Of a stretch of DNA of 64,000 nt, positions 63,770 to 64,000 are shown piece after piece. The translations under genes and the position numbers were made by a program. How positions within the stretch are numbered: position 1 is the stretch's first letter; each line of letters opens with the position of its first letter. The notes below the pieces were generated by a model. That model made no database searches, was not told where the DNA came from, and saw nothing but the letters and a program-made list of their open reading frames with translations. The stretch is from Ascidiella aspersa (taxonomy: Eukaryota): NCBI GenBank assembly GCA_963924565.1, contig OZ004607.1, positions 4,154,001 to 4,218,000 of the forward strand, read 5' to 3'.

Positions 63770-63906
63770 ATCGGGTTATAATACTATGCATTTATAACCG
63801 AGTATGGAAAATAAATATATAATTATAATAATAAATGTTTACAAATAAAATTGCTGGTTAAGCAATACTCGGTTGTGCAATATTCCTGGCAGCAATAGCT
63901 TATTTC
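63770..63906 (-). repeat. Dispersed repeat, inverted homolog of 2487-2550
   Basis: The reverse complement aaataagctattgctgccagg...aaccgagtattgct matches 2487-2550. Adjacent hairpin ggttataa...ttataacc. Confidence 0.7.
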
Positions 63907-64000
63907 AATGTGTATACTTATCTTAAGGAGAGTGCATAGAAAGGAGTTTGAAAATAAAACACTTGTATTTTATCCATAGCAGAATTAATAATGGCAAAAT

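Overview
AT-rich, intron-rich eukaryotic (metazoan) DNA, most likely a marine invertebrate such as an ascidian (inference from composition, gene density and repeat content). The ORF track is mostly spurious, so I rebuilt genes by hand from splice sites and reading phase. Four protein-coding loci are supported. (1) A 5-exon gene (+, 4929-9582) for a ~470-aa type I membrane protein: signal peptide, one CUB domain, TM helix and a very basic Arg/Ser-rich tail, with a GC-AG intron. (2) A complete 13-exon nicalin gene (NCLN, +, 17300-26281, 557 aa). (3) A 9-11-exon uncharacterised Pro/Arg-rich gene (+, 28861-40174, ~449-517 aa) that resembles ciliary microtubule-binding proteins. (4) The last coding exon of an unidentified gene (-, 51673-51762) whose upstream exons were not found in the window. 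Between genes 1 and 2 lies a decayed P-element-like relic with two convergent, broken coding regions. Introns and intergenic DNA hold many non-autonomous hAT-type MITEs (CAG...CTG termini, 8-bp TSDs), one of which duplicated a nicalin splice donor. There is also a tRNA-derived SINE family, foldback elements and local tandem duplications. No CRISPR array, rRNA or convincing functional tRNA was found.
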